A stretch of DNA of 32,589 nucleotides. It comes from Candidatus Aenigmatarchaeota archaeon (GTDB lineage: Archaea > Aenigmatarchaeota > Aenigmatarchaeia > CG10238-14 > SCSR01). The stretch's first letter is position 1. Every line of letters begins with the position of its first letter. The notes under the pieces were generated by a model. The model was not told the origin of the DNA. It worked only from the letters and a program-made list of their open reading frames with translations, and searched no databases. Of this stretch, positions 9,650 through 18,233 are shown in pieces. The stretch lies in NCBI GenBank assembly GCA_039000165.1, contig JAWBTW010000008.1, forward strand, positions 1 through 32,589. The letters run 5' to 3'. The translations under genes were made by a program, and so were the position numbers.

Positions 9650-9724
9650 GGCCCGACCCGGGATTTGAACCCGGCCTTCAGGCTCCACAGGCCTGCGCGC
9701 TAACCAGGCTACGCTAATCGGGCC
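9650..9724 (-). tRNA. tRNA-His(GUG) with encoded G-1
   Basis: CAGGC-CU-GUG-GA-GCCUG anticodon arm, C73 discriminator, G at -1. Confidence 0.96.
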
Positions 9725-9799
9725 ATAGTTGAATAAAATTTTAGAATTAAGGATAAATAAATTCCGTTTTAAATCTGTGAATTTAAAGGTAAAGTTATG

Positions 9800-10027
9800 T
9801 CAAACTTGAGCCGTTGGGTCAATGTAATATCCTGCTGCTTTCTCCCTCGCAATTCTTTTTACAACTTTTTTATTCATTAGCATTTGGATTATTGAAGCAA
9901 CTTTACTTTTTGGCATTGATGCAGCCTTTGCTATATGGTCTACTGTTTTAAGCTGAGATTCTGAAGTTGCTTTTAGCATTTTCATCGCTTCTACAACTTT
10001 TTTTTCCTCTTCTGTCAATTCAACCAT
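9800..10027 (-). CDS. Small winged-helix-like protein
   Basis: 75 aa with LTEEE..V..AM, HIAKAA.MPKSKV HTH-like pattern and wing; GGTGA SD upstream. Confidence 0.75.
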   Translation of the reverse strand: MVELTEEEKKVVEAMKMLKATSESQLKTVDHIAKAASMPKSKVASIIQMLMNKKVVKRIAREKAAGYYIDPTAQV

Positions 10028-10081
10028 TTTTTCACCTTTTGATAATATTTAAGCAAAAATAAATTTAATACTTTTCTGAAT

Positions 10082-10330
10082 TTAAGCCTTGTAACCTAGC
10101 TTTTCTAAAAGTTCTTTCACATCTTCTGGCTTAACCCCAAATTCTTTCGCTATTTCTTCAGCATTAAGCGGCGGTTTATACTCTTTTATCTTAAGCGTTT
10201 TTGTTTGAGAACGTGAAAATTTAAGGAGATGAAACTCATAAAAGGTTCTATCTTCTAGGAAAATTGGAAATACCATAAAAGCTATTTCATAGTCGTTTTC
10301 TTTTTTTACAATTTTTGTAGGAACTATCAT
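10082..10330 (-). CDS. Hypothetical protein (possible C-terminal HTH)
   Basis: 82-aa ORF; AEEIAKEFGVKPEDV segment. Confidence 0.6.
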   Translation of the reverse strand: MIVPTKIVKKENDYEIAFMVFPIFLEDRTFYEFHLLKFSRSQTKTLKIKEYKPPLNAEEIAKEFGVKPEDVKELLEKLGYKA

Positions 10331-10368
10331 AATAATAAGGAAAAAGTGAAAAGATAAATCCTTTTAAA

Positions 10369-10476
10369 TGCTGGGACCGGGATTTGAACCCGGGACTTCG
10401 GCGTTTCATCTTTCATCTTCTTTCAAAGCTCATAAAGCTTATGAGCGCCGCGTTCTAACCGCTGAACTATCCCAGC
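10369..10476 (-). tRNA. tRNA with CAU anticodon, most likely elongator Met, with a 35-nt intron (10404-10438)
   Basis: G1-C72, CGGCG/CGCCG anticodon stem; best BHB is UCAU/AUGA helix with AA|G and AA|C bulges, i.e. position 38/39. Confidence 0.92.
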
Positions 10477-10558
10477 TTATTTAATTTTTCTCTTATTTAA
10501 TTTTTATCGGTTAGCTTTATAGGTTTGTGCTTCCTAATTTTTAAAATCTGGGAAGAAC

Positions 10559-11215
10559 ATGAAACTGATAATTTTTGGTCCTCCAGGCTCAGGAAAAGGA
10601 ACTTACGCTTCGATTATTGAAAACAAACTAGGAATACCGAAGATAAATACTGGCGATATTCTGAGAGAAATTGCCAAATCCGGAAGTGAGTTGGGTAAAA
10701 AAATAGCTGAATACCAGGGTAAAGGCGAGCTAGTTCCTGATGATATTGTTATAGAAATAGTTAAAGAAAGGCTCTCAAAACCGGATTGTTCAAAAGGTTA
10801 TATCTTGGACGGTTATCCAAGAACGATTCCACAGGCAGAAGCTTTAGAAAAAATTTCTCCACCCGATGTCATTATAAACTTAAACGTTCCTCAAAGTGTT
10901 ATAATAGCAAGACTTTCTGGTAGATTAATTTGCCCTAATTGTAATGCGATTTATCATAAAATTTTTCTCAAACCAAAAACCGATGAGATATGCGATAAAT
11001 GCGGAGCTAAACTAATCCAAAGAGAAGATGATAAGCCTGAAGTTATTAAGGAAAGATTTAGAGTTTACAAACAGCAGTCAAAACCTTTGATAGACTATTA
11101 CAAAAAGAAAAAGCCTTTTGGAAACGTTAGATGCAATAAAGTTGACATCCCTCCTGAAGTTGTTGTTGAAAAAATTTTAAAGAAATTGAAAGATTTAGGA
11201 TTTTTGAAAAGTTAG
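10559..11215 (+). CDS. adk: Adenylate kinase (Zn-lid type)
   Basis: GPPGSGKGT, GDILR, GELVPD, DGYPRT, CxxC..CxxC lid, QREDD. Confidence 0.96.
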   Translation: MKLIIFGPPGSGKGTYASIIENKLGIPKINTGDILREIAKSGSELGKKIAEYQGKGELVPDDIVIEIVKERLSKPDCSKGYILDGYPRTIPQAEALEKISPPDVIINLNVPQSVIIARLSGRLICPNCNAIYHKIFLKPKTDEICDKCGAKLIQREDDKPEVIKERFRVYKQQSKPLIDYYKKKKPFGNVRCNKVDIPPEVVVEKILKKLKDLGFLKS

Positions 11216-12133
11216 CTTTTCTTTTAAACAAGAAACAATTATAGGAAAAGCTATGGTTGAATCGCAATAAACTGTACAGATTTTTGAACTTTTATCAACT
11301 TTACCCCAGCTTAAAGCTTCTTCTAAAGTCGCTCCAGATAAACCACCATACTCCGGAATTTCGGTTGTTATTTGAACAACATACTTATGGGGTTTGTCGG
11401 CTAATAAAACTGATTGTAAAATAAAGTTTTTCGGTACACCTCCACCTAAGATTATTGCGCCAGTATTTTTTCCTTCCTTCTTTAAGTCAAAGTTTAAGTT
11501 TATCAAGAAGTCTAAATCCTTCATCTCATTTATCTTTATTTTATGGTCTTGAGAAAACATCCAAAATTGAATTCCTAGGATTGAATCAACAATCCCAGGA
11601 ACAATAATTTTAACCCCGTTTTCAACCGCTACTCTCAACATCGAGTCTTTCTTTTCAATTCTTTTCCCTATTTCCTCGAGAAGTTCAAAAGTGGCATATT
11701 CTCCTTCTTTAATTTTGCTCAAAATTTCTTGAAGGTTTTTTTCCATTATCGCCATTGTGGTTGAGCTTGCATAAACATCATAAATTCTATCCAAACCTTT
11801 TTCTCTCAGCTCTAAATCGTTAACTTTTTCTGGTTCGCACTGATAGTATTTCTCTCCAAAACAGTTTGCAAGCTCGTGAGTAATGTTAGCTCCTGTAGAA
11901 ACAATTATATCAACCCATTTATTTTTTATCATTTCTACTATACACTTACCCATTCCAGCAGGAATTAGGGCTCCAGCCAAACCCAAAAATTTAACGCAAT
12001 TTTTATCTCTTATCATTTCTTCTATTATTTCTACAGCCTCTCCAAGCCTTCTTGCGTTAAAAGCCGTTTTTCTCATTTGTTTTACTAACTCACTTACAGT
12101 TTGTTTCCTTGGTTCAAACTCATCAACTTCCAT
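11195..12133 (-). CDS. dys: Deoxyhypusine synthase
   Basis: STGANITHE, LGGGVPKNF, GGLSGATLEEALSWGK. Confidence 0.95.
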   Translation of the reverse strand: MEVDEFEPRKQTVSELVKQMRKTAFNARRLGEAVEIIEEMIRDKNCVKFLGLAGALIPAGMGKCIVEMIKNKWVDIIVSTGANITHELANCFGEKYYQCEPEKVNDLELREKGLDRIYDVYASSTTMAIMEKNLQEILSKIKEGEYATFELLEEIGKRIEKKDSMLRVAVENGVKIIVPGIVDSILGIQFWMFSQDHKIKINEMKDLDFLINLNFDLKKEGKNTGAIILGGGVPKNFILQSVLLADKPHKYVVQITTEIPEYGGLSGATLEEALSWGKVDKSSKICTVYCDSTIAFPIIVSCLKEKLTFQKS

Positions 12134-12180
12134 GTTCTCAACGATTAATTTTTAAGTTAAAAATAAAAAATATCTCATAT

Positions 12181-13866
12181 ATGTTAGAAGAGGAAGCTAT
12201 AAAAGCTTTAGGGTTTTTGGGTATAGAGAAAATAGAGGGAACTCTAGAAGTTCCGCCTCGCTCAGAGCTTGGAGATTTAGCTTCTACCGTTTGTTTTCAG
12301 CTAGCAAAAAAGGAAAAAAGAAATCCAAAAGAGATTGCTGAAGAACTTGTTAAAAAAATAAAAATTCCAAAGAAAAGTTTGATAAAAAAGGTTGAAGCAA
12401 AGGAAGGCTACATAAACTTTTTCTTTGACTGGGAAAAAATTTCAGAAAAAGTTTTGAAAGAAATTCAAAAAGGAAAAAAGCTAAAAGAAGGAAGAGGGAA
12501 AAGGATTATGGTTGAGTATTCCCAGCCCAATCCTGTGCATCCCATGCATATCGGTCATGCAAGGTCAACTTTTCTTGGGGATACTTTAGCAAATGCACTT
12601 GAATTTCTTGGGTATAAAGTTATAAGAGCAAATTACATGAATAATGTCGGTTTGCAAGTAGCAAAATTAGTTACTGCCTACTTGCTTTGGGGAGAAGGAA
12701 AAGAGCCAGAAGAAAAACCAGACTTATGGCTTTGGGAATTTTACGTTAAGTTTCATGAAGAAGCAAGTAAGAACCCTGAATTGGAAGAAAAAGCAAGAGA
12801 AACTTTGAGAAAGTATGAAATAGAGAAAGATAAGAAAATAATAAAAATTTGGAATAAAGTTGTTGGTTGGTGTGTAAAAGGTTTTGAAGAAACTTACAAA
12901 AAACTTGGGATAAAATTCAATGTTTATTTTTATGAAAGCGAATCAAGAGATTTAGGAAAGAAATTAGTTGAAGATGCTTTAAGAAAAGGAATAGCTTTCA
13001 AGTCTCCTGAAGGAGCGATAGTTGCAGATTTGGAAAAGTATGGTTTGCCAAACATTGTTATTTTAAGGTCAGACGGTACAGGTTTGTACATAACTAGCGA
13101 TTTAGGATTAACAAAACAAAAGTTTGAAAAGTATAAGCTTGAAAAAGCATTTTGGGTTGTTTCTTCTGAGCAAAATCTTTACTTTAAACAACTTTTTAAG
13201 ATTTTGGAACTTTTGGGTTTTTCCTGGGTTAAAAATTGTTATCATTTTTCTTTCGAGCTCGTAAGACTGCCTGAAGGAAAAATGTCTTCAAGAGAAGGAA
13301 AAGCTGTCATGCTCGATGAAGTAATAAAAAAATTAACAGAACTTGCTTTAAAAGAAGTTGAGAAAAGAAACCCAGGAATGAAAGAAAAAGAAAAAGTTAA
13401 GATAGCGGAAATTATCGGAATAGGAGCTTTAAAGTATGCTATAGTTAAGATAGACCCAAGCAATGCTATAATTTTTGATTGGGATAGAATGCTAAGTTTG
13501 CAGGGAGATACTGGCCCTTACCTGCAGTACGCTTGTACAAGATGTAATGGAATTTTAAAAAAGGCAGGAAAGTGGAAGCCAAGTTATAAAACAAAAAAAC
13601 TTACTCAAGAAGAAAAAGACTTGATTAAATTGCTTTTGAAATTTCCAAAAGTTGTTAAAGATGCAGCAGAAAATCTAAGGCCGAATTATATTTGTAATTA
13701 TGCTTTTGATTTGGCCACAGCTTTTGACAAATTTTATGAGTATTGTCCGGTTTTGAAAGCAGAAAAAAATTTAAGATACTTTAGACTTACTTTAGTTGAT
13801 TGTACGAGAAAAATCTTAAAGAATTGTTTGGAGATAATCGGAATACAAATTCCTGAAAAAATGTAG
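12181..13866 (+). CDS. argS: Arginyl-tRNA synthetase
   Basis: VEYSQPNP..PMHIGH, KMSSREG, GDTGPYLQYA; start at ATG 12181 avoids overlap with dys. Confidence 0.97.
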   Translation: MLEEEAIKALGFLGIEKIEGTLEVPPRSELGDLASTVCFQLAKKEKRNPKEIAEELVKKIKIPKKSLIKKVEAKEGYINFFFDWEKISEKVLKEIQKGKKLKEGRGKRIMVEYSQPNPVHPMHIGHARSTFLGDTLANALEFLGYKVIRANYMNNVGLQVAKLVTAYLLWGEGKEPEEKPDLWLWEFYVKFHEEASKNPELEEKARETLRKYEIEKDKKIIKIWNKVVGWCVKGFEETYKKLGIKFNVYFYESESRDLGKKLVEDALRKGIAFKSPEGAIVADLEKYGLPNIVILRSDGTGLYITSDLGLTKQKFEKYKLEKAFWVVSSEQNLYFKQLFKILELLGFSWVKNCYHFSFELVRLPEGKMSSREGKAVMLDEVIKKLTELALKEVEKRNPGMKEKEKVKIAEIIGIGALKYAIVKIDPSNAIIFDWDRMLSLQGDTGPYLQYACTRCNGILKKAGKWKPSYKTKKLTQEEKDLIKLLLKFPKVVKDAAENLRPNYICNYAFDLATAFDKFYEYCPVLKAEKNLRYFRLTLVDCTRKILKNCLEIIGIQIPEKM

Positions 13867-14073
13867 CTAAGCTATGTATCTTGTATCTTTACCTGCAGGA
13901 ATTTTTTTCTTTTGCTCTTCAACAACTTTTTGTAAGGAAATTGCTAGATGTTCTAGAGTTGGAAAAGAAAGGTAAAGTTTTACTACTTTTTCTTTTCCAT
14001 GTGGTGAGAGACAAAGCAAAGTTAGGTTAAACTTCCCTTTTTTCTCAGTTATTGAAAAGTTTTTTATAATCAT
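13867..14073 (-). CDS. Small hypothetical protein
   Basis: 68-aa ORF directly downstream of glmU. Confidence 0.55.
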   Translation of the reverse strand: MIIKNFSITEKKGKFNLTLLCLSPHGKEKVVKLYLSFPTLEHLAISLQKVVEEQKKKIPAGKDTRYIA

Positions 14074-14091
14074 AAGTTTAATTTGTTTCTT

Positions 14092-15216
14092 TTAAATTAT
14101 ATTTTCTACTACTTCTGAATGAGGTTTAATCCATTTGTTACAACCAATAATTCTTCCAGGATAAATGGAAACATTTATTCCAGTTTTTGTTCCATCACCA
14201 ATTACTGCTCCGAATTTTTTTAAGCCAGTGCAAACTTTTTCATTTTTCACTATGGCAAAAATTTCTTTTTCATCAAACCTTAGGTTTGCTATTTTAGTTC
14301 CTGCCCCTAAATTGCAGTTTTCGCCGATTATACTATCTCCCACATAGTTCAAGTGCGGAACTTTTGAAAAATCACCTACTATACTTCTTTTAACGATGGA
14401 AAATTCTCCTATCGTACAATCATTTCCAATAACAGAAGATTCAATCACACAATTTTTTATCGTACAATCATTTCCAATAACTGTAGGTTTTCTTATTATA
14501 GCGCTTGACCAAACTTCTGTGTCTTCACCAATAACTACAGTATTAAGTTTGTTGAGCGCAAAAAGGTTTGCTTTAAGCAAATCCCAAGGAAATGTAATAT
14601 CTTGCCAGTAACCTTCAAGGTTATGAATTTTGAACTCAAACTTTCTAGCCATAAGGTTTATAGAATCTGTTAATTCATATTCCTTTCTCAAATCATTTTC
14701 TCTAGTTTTTTCTATAAAATCAAAAATTTTTTCATCGAAAAGATAAATCCCAGCGTTTATCAGCCCTTTTTTCTCTACGCTTTTTTCCTCTATTTTTATT
14801 AACTTATTTCCTTTCTTTAAAATTCTTCCGTATAAACTAGCATTGTTTGAAAAAATTGCGCCTATCGCATTTTTCTTCAACTTCAAAAAATTTTTTAAAT
14901 TGTCTTCAAAGTAAATGTCACCATTCAAGGCGATGAAATTACCATCAATAAAATTCCTTGCTTGATATAAAGCATTAGCAGTTCCTGCTAACTTTTTTTG
15001 CTTAAAATACTTAAAATCCTTTCCAAAATATTCTTTAATTTTCTCTTCTTTATAGCCAACAACAACTCCTATTTCTTCAATGCCTAAACTTTTTAATTTT
15101 TCAATTATATAGTAAAGCAAAGGTTTGTTCAGAACGTTAAGCATCGATTTTGGCTTATTTTCTGTTAAAGGAAAGGTTCTTGTTCCTTTTCCTGCTGCTA
15201 AAATTACAGCCTTCAT
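14092..15216 (-). CDS. glmU: Bifunctional sugar-1-phosphate nucleotidyltransferase/acetyltransferase (archaeal GlmU)
   Basis: ILAAGKGTR..P....PK, hexapeptide repeats, HLNYVGDS, ANLRFD, GDGTKTG; adjacent to glmS. Confidence 0.88.
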   Translation of the reverse strand: MKAVILAAGKGTRTFPLTENKPKSMLNVLNKPLLYYIIEKLKSLGIEEIGVVVGYKEEKIKEYFGKDFKYFKQKKLAGTANALYQARNFIDGNFIALNGDIYFEDNLKNFLKLKKNAIGAIFSNNASLYGRILKKGNKLIKIEEKSVEKKGLINAGIYLFDEKIFDFIEKTRENDLRKEYELTDSINLMARKFEFKIHNLEGYWQDITFPWDLLKANLFALNKLNTVVIGEDTEVWSSAIIRKPTVIGNDCTIKNCVIESSVIGNDCTIGEFSIVKRSIVGDFSKVPHLNYVGDSIIGENCNLGAGTKIANLRFDEKEIFAIVKNEKVCTGLKKFGAVIGDGTKTGINVSIYPGRIIGCNKWIKPHSEVVENII

Positions 15217-16979
15217 TTTACAGTCACGCTTTTAGCTAAATTTCTAGGTTTGTCAGGATTGCAACCCCTTAAAACTGCTAGCTGATATGCTAAAATTTGA
15301 ATAGGGATGATTTGGCATATAGGGTTTGTTTCTCCTACTTCCGGAACTTTTATCCAAAAATCAAAAATTTCATTTCTTTTTGAAGAAATCCCGATTATAT
15401 AACCTCCTCTCGCTTTTATTTCGTAAGCGTTAGAAATAATTTCTTTCTCGTTTTCTTCTGAAACAAAAACTATGCAAGGAGTATCATTTTCTATTAAGGC
15501 TATTGTTCCATGTTTAAGCTCGCCACCAGCAAAAGCTTCTGCATGGATGTAGGAAACTTCTTTAATTTTCAAAGCAGCTTCTAGAGCAGTAGGATATTGC
15601 AAACCTCTTCCTATCAAAAATATATGTTCTTTATCTTTTAGCTTTTCGGCAAGCTTTTTTATATGCTCTCTAGTGCTTTCTGAAGTTAGGTTATAAATCA
15701 AGTTCCAAAGGTATCCCAATTTTTTCCTCCCTTCTTCGTACTTTCCAGCCAAAGCATAAGCTAAAAGCGTTAGAATAGCAAGTTGAGAAGTGTAGGTTTT
15801 TGTTGAAAGCACGCAAATTTCTGGTCCAGCATTCATAAGCAAAGCTTGATCAGAGTTTCTGTGTAAAGAAGAGCCTGCTACGTTAACTATTGAAATTACT
15901 TTACTTCCTTTTTTCTTCGCAGTCTTTACAGCTTCCAAAACATCTGCAGTTTCTCCACTTTGGGATACTGCTATAACAAGAGTTTTTTCTGTTAGAAAAT
16001 CTTCATAGTTTGAAAATTCTGAGGCCAAAACTGCATTAACATGCATTTTAGCTATTCTTGAGAACAAGTAGCTTGCTGTTAAGCATGCATGGTAAGAAGT
16101 TCCACATCCAATCAAAAAAACTCCTTTTGCTTCCTTAATCTTTTTAGCGATTTCCATCAGTATTTTTTCATCTTGATTTATAGCTCTTTGAATAGTTTCA
16201 ACTTGCTCAGAAATTTCTTTTAACATATAATGTTCAAAATTCCCCTTTTTAACCTGTTCCAAACTCCATTCAACGCTTTTCACTTCTCTTTTCACTTCTT
16301 TTTCTTCCATAAGGTTGAAAAATTTTATTTCTTTATCTACCACAACAAAATCCTTATCATGCAAGTAGATAACTTTTGGGGTAAACTCTAGGAAAGCAGG
16401 GATATCGCTAGCCAAATAGTATTCGTTTTCTCCAACGCCTATAACTAAAGGAGAACCGTTTCTTGTCGCTACAATTTTCTTTTCGTCTTCATGAATAACA
16501 AGAATTGCATAATTTCCTTCCAGCATTTTGAAAGCGCTCTTGCATGCTTCTTCAAAACTTTTTCCTTTTTTCATTTCGTATTCTATAAGGTTTGGTATAA
16601 CCTCAGTATCGGTCTCGCTATAGAAAACAAAACCATTACTTTCAAGAAAATTTTTTAGTTCTTGGTAATTTTCTACAATTCCGTTATGAACAACAGCGAT
16701 TTTTCTGTTGTTTGAAATATGTGGGTGAGCATTTTCCCTCGTAACTTTTCCGTGGGTTGCCCATCTTGTATGACCAATACCTATGTTTCCAACTAAATTT
16801 TCAGAATTCACTTTTGAAAAAACCTCATCTATTTTTCCACTATCCTTTACTATCTCTAATTTTTGACCTAGTATCGCGATTCCAGCAGAGTCGTATCCTC
16901 TGTATTCAAGCATTTTCAGCCCTTTCAGAAGAATTGGAAAAGCATTATTTTTACCAAAGTATCCAAAGATCCCACACAT
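15213..16979 (-). CDS. glmS: Glutamine-fructose-6-phosphate transaminase
   Basis: MCGIFG, HTRWATHG, SQSGETAD, KPRNLAKSVTV. Confidence 0.98.
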   Translation of the reverse strand: MCGIFGYFGKNNAFPILLKGLKMLEYRGYDSAGIAILGQKLEIVKDSGKIDEVFSKVNSENLVGNIGIGHTRWATHGKVTRENAHPHISNNRKIAVVHNGIVENYQELKNFLESNGFVFYSETDTEVIPNLIEYEMKKGKSFEEACKSAFKMLEGNYAILVIHEDEKKIVATRNGSPLVIGVGENEYYLASDIPAFLEFTPKVIYLHDKDFVVVDKEIKFFNLMEEKEVKREVKSVEWSLEQVKKGNFEHYMLKEISEQVETIQRAINQDEKILMEIAKKIKEAKGVFLIGCGTSYHACLTASYLFSRIAKMHVNAVLASEFSNYEDFLTEKTLVIAVSQSGETADVLEAVKTAKKKGSKVISIVNVAGSSLHRNSDQALLMNAGPEICVLSTKTYTSQLAILTLLAYALAGKYEEGRKKLGYLWNLIYNLTSESTREHIKKLAEKLKDKEHIFLIGRGLQYPTALEAALKIKEVSYIHAEAFAGGELKHGTIALIENDTPCIVFVSEENEKEIISNAYEIKARGGYIIGISSKRNEIFDFWIKVPEVGETNPICQIIPIQILAYQLAVLRGCNPDKPRNLAKSVTVK

Positions 16980-17131
16980 TACCCATCAACCAAAGCGTTT
17001 GGAGTTTTTAAGAAAAGGTTTCCGCATTTTTTGCATTCAAAAGAATTGGGGTAGCTGGAACTAGTGATTACTACCAGGTTTGAGCTACATTTTGAGCATA
17101 AGATATTCCAAGCAACTTGTTTTTTCCTCAC
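16979..17131 (-). CDS. 50-aa Zn-ribbon microprotein (not in ORF track)
   Basis: MRKKQVAWNILCSKCSSNLVVITSSSYPNSFECKKCGNLFLKTPNALVDG; two CxxC; TAA overlaps glmS ATG. Confidence 0.7.
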   Translation of the reverse strand: MRKKQVAWNILCSKCSSNLVVITSSSYPNSFECKKCGNLFLKTPNALVDG

Positions 17132-17272
17132 AAAATTAAAAAGAGGAAAATTCTAATAAAAAGAAAATCTAAAAAAGAGGTTTTAATGTAGAGAGAAGAG
17201 TTAAAAAAGAAAGTTAAAAAATGTCAAACCATTATAAATAAATTTATAAGGTTAAAAATTAAAGTATAACTT

Positions 17273-18193
17273 ATGGCATTCTTGATTGAAGAAGGTAAAA
17301 AGCAAAAAGCTTACGAAACCTTACTCATAACAAACCCAAAACTTTTTTCTTGCTTAAGCAACGAGCTAGCTCTAAAAATAATTTCTGTGCTCTCAAAAAA
17401 ACCTTCTTGCGCTATGGATATAGCAAGAAAATTGAAGGAACATGAGCAAAAAATTTACTACCATCTAAGAAACCTAGAAGAAATAGGCCTAATAAAGCTG
17501 GAAAAAACAGAAGAAAGAGTTGGGGCTACGGCAAAAATTTATTCTGTTTGTTATCCTGTAGTATCTTTCAAGCTTTTTGAAGGTAAGGAAATCATCAACA
17601 CCAAAGTAAAGGTTAGAGAAGTCAAGTTTTTTAAGTCTTTTATAAAAGATGGAAAATTAGAAGCAAAGATAATAGTTGGCTCGCCAGATCCTCATGGAAA
17701 GTATGCAGCCCAAGCTTCTGATGGTTGTTGCGCGATAGACTTAGCTTTATTCTTGGGTAGTTTACTCAAGGAAGTTTCAGCAAATTATAAGCTTGACACA
17801 GAAATAAAGGAAGATGAGCTTAAAGAAAGCTTAATTTTAGTTGGTGGCCCGAAAGCAAACATCATAGTGGAGAGAATAAACAAAAATTTGCCAATCTACT
17901 TCGACTTTCATCGCGAGTGGAATATAGTATCACCTTTTTCTAAACAGATTTATGTTGAGGACGAGATTGGAGTAATAGAGAAAATTAAAAACCCGTTTAA
18001 TCCGGAAAAAGAAATCCTTGTTGTTAGCGGAAAAAGGTTTAAAGGAACAAGGGCAGCAATAATCGGGTTAATCAACTATCTTGAAGAAATAGAGAAAGGG
18101 AATAAATTTTCTCCTAACGTTATAGCAAAGGTAGTTTTAGGAATAGACAGAGATTCTGACGGAAGAATAGATGATGTGGAATTTCTAGAGTAG
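17273..18193 (+). CDS. ArsR-like HTH regulator with C-terminal alpha/beta domain
   Basis: DIARKL.EHEQKIYYHL..LE..GLI wHTH; C-terminal LILVGGP.AN motif as in archaeal S-layer-associated domains; divergent from glmS operon. Confidence 0.8.
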   Translation: MAFLIEEGKKQKAYETLLITNPKLFSCLSNELALKIISVLSKKPSCAMDIARKLKEHEQKIYYHLRNLEEIGLIKLEKTEERVGATAKIYSVCYPVVSFKLFEGKEIINTKVKVREVKFFKSFIKDGKLEAKIIVGSPDPHGKYAAQASDGCCAIDLALFLGSLLKEVSANYKLDTEIKEDELKESLILVGGPKANIIVERINKNLPIYFDFHREWNIVSPFSKQIYVEDEIGVIEKIKNPFNPEKEILVVSGKRFKGTRAAIIGLINYLEEIEKGNKFSPNVIAKVVLGIDRDSDGRIDDVEFLE

Positions 18194-18233
18194 GAACTTA
18201 AAAATTTATAAGTAGAGTATAAATCTTATTTGA

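Noticed and set aside
10369..10476. CAU tRNA as initiator Met or Ile2
   Set aside because: Lacks A1-U72 and the three G-C anticodon-stem pairs of initiators; the GCU start and intron favour elongator Met, though Ile2 is not formally excluded
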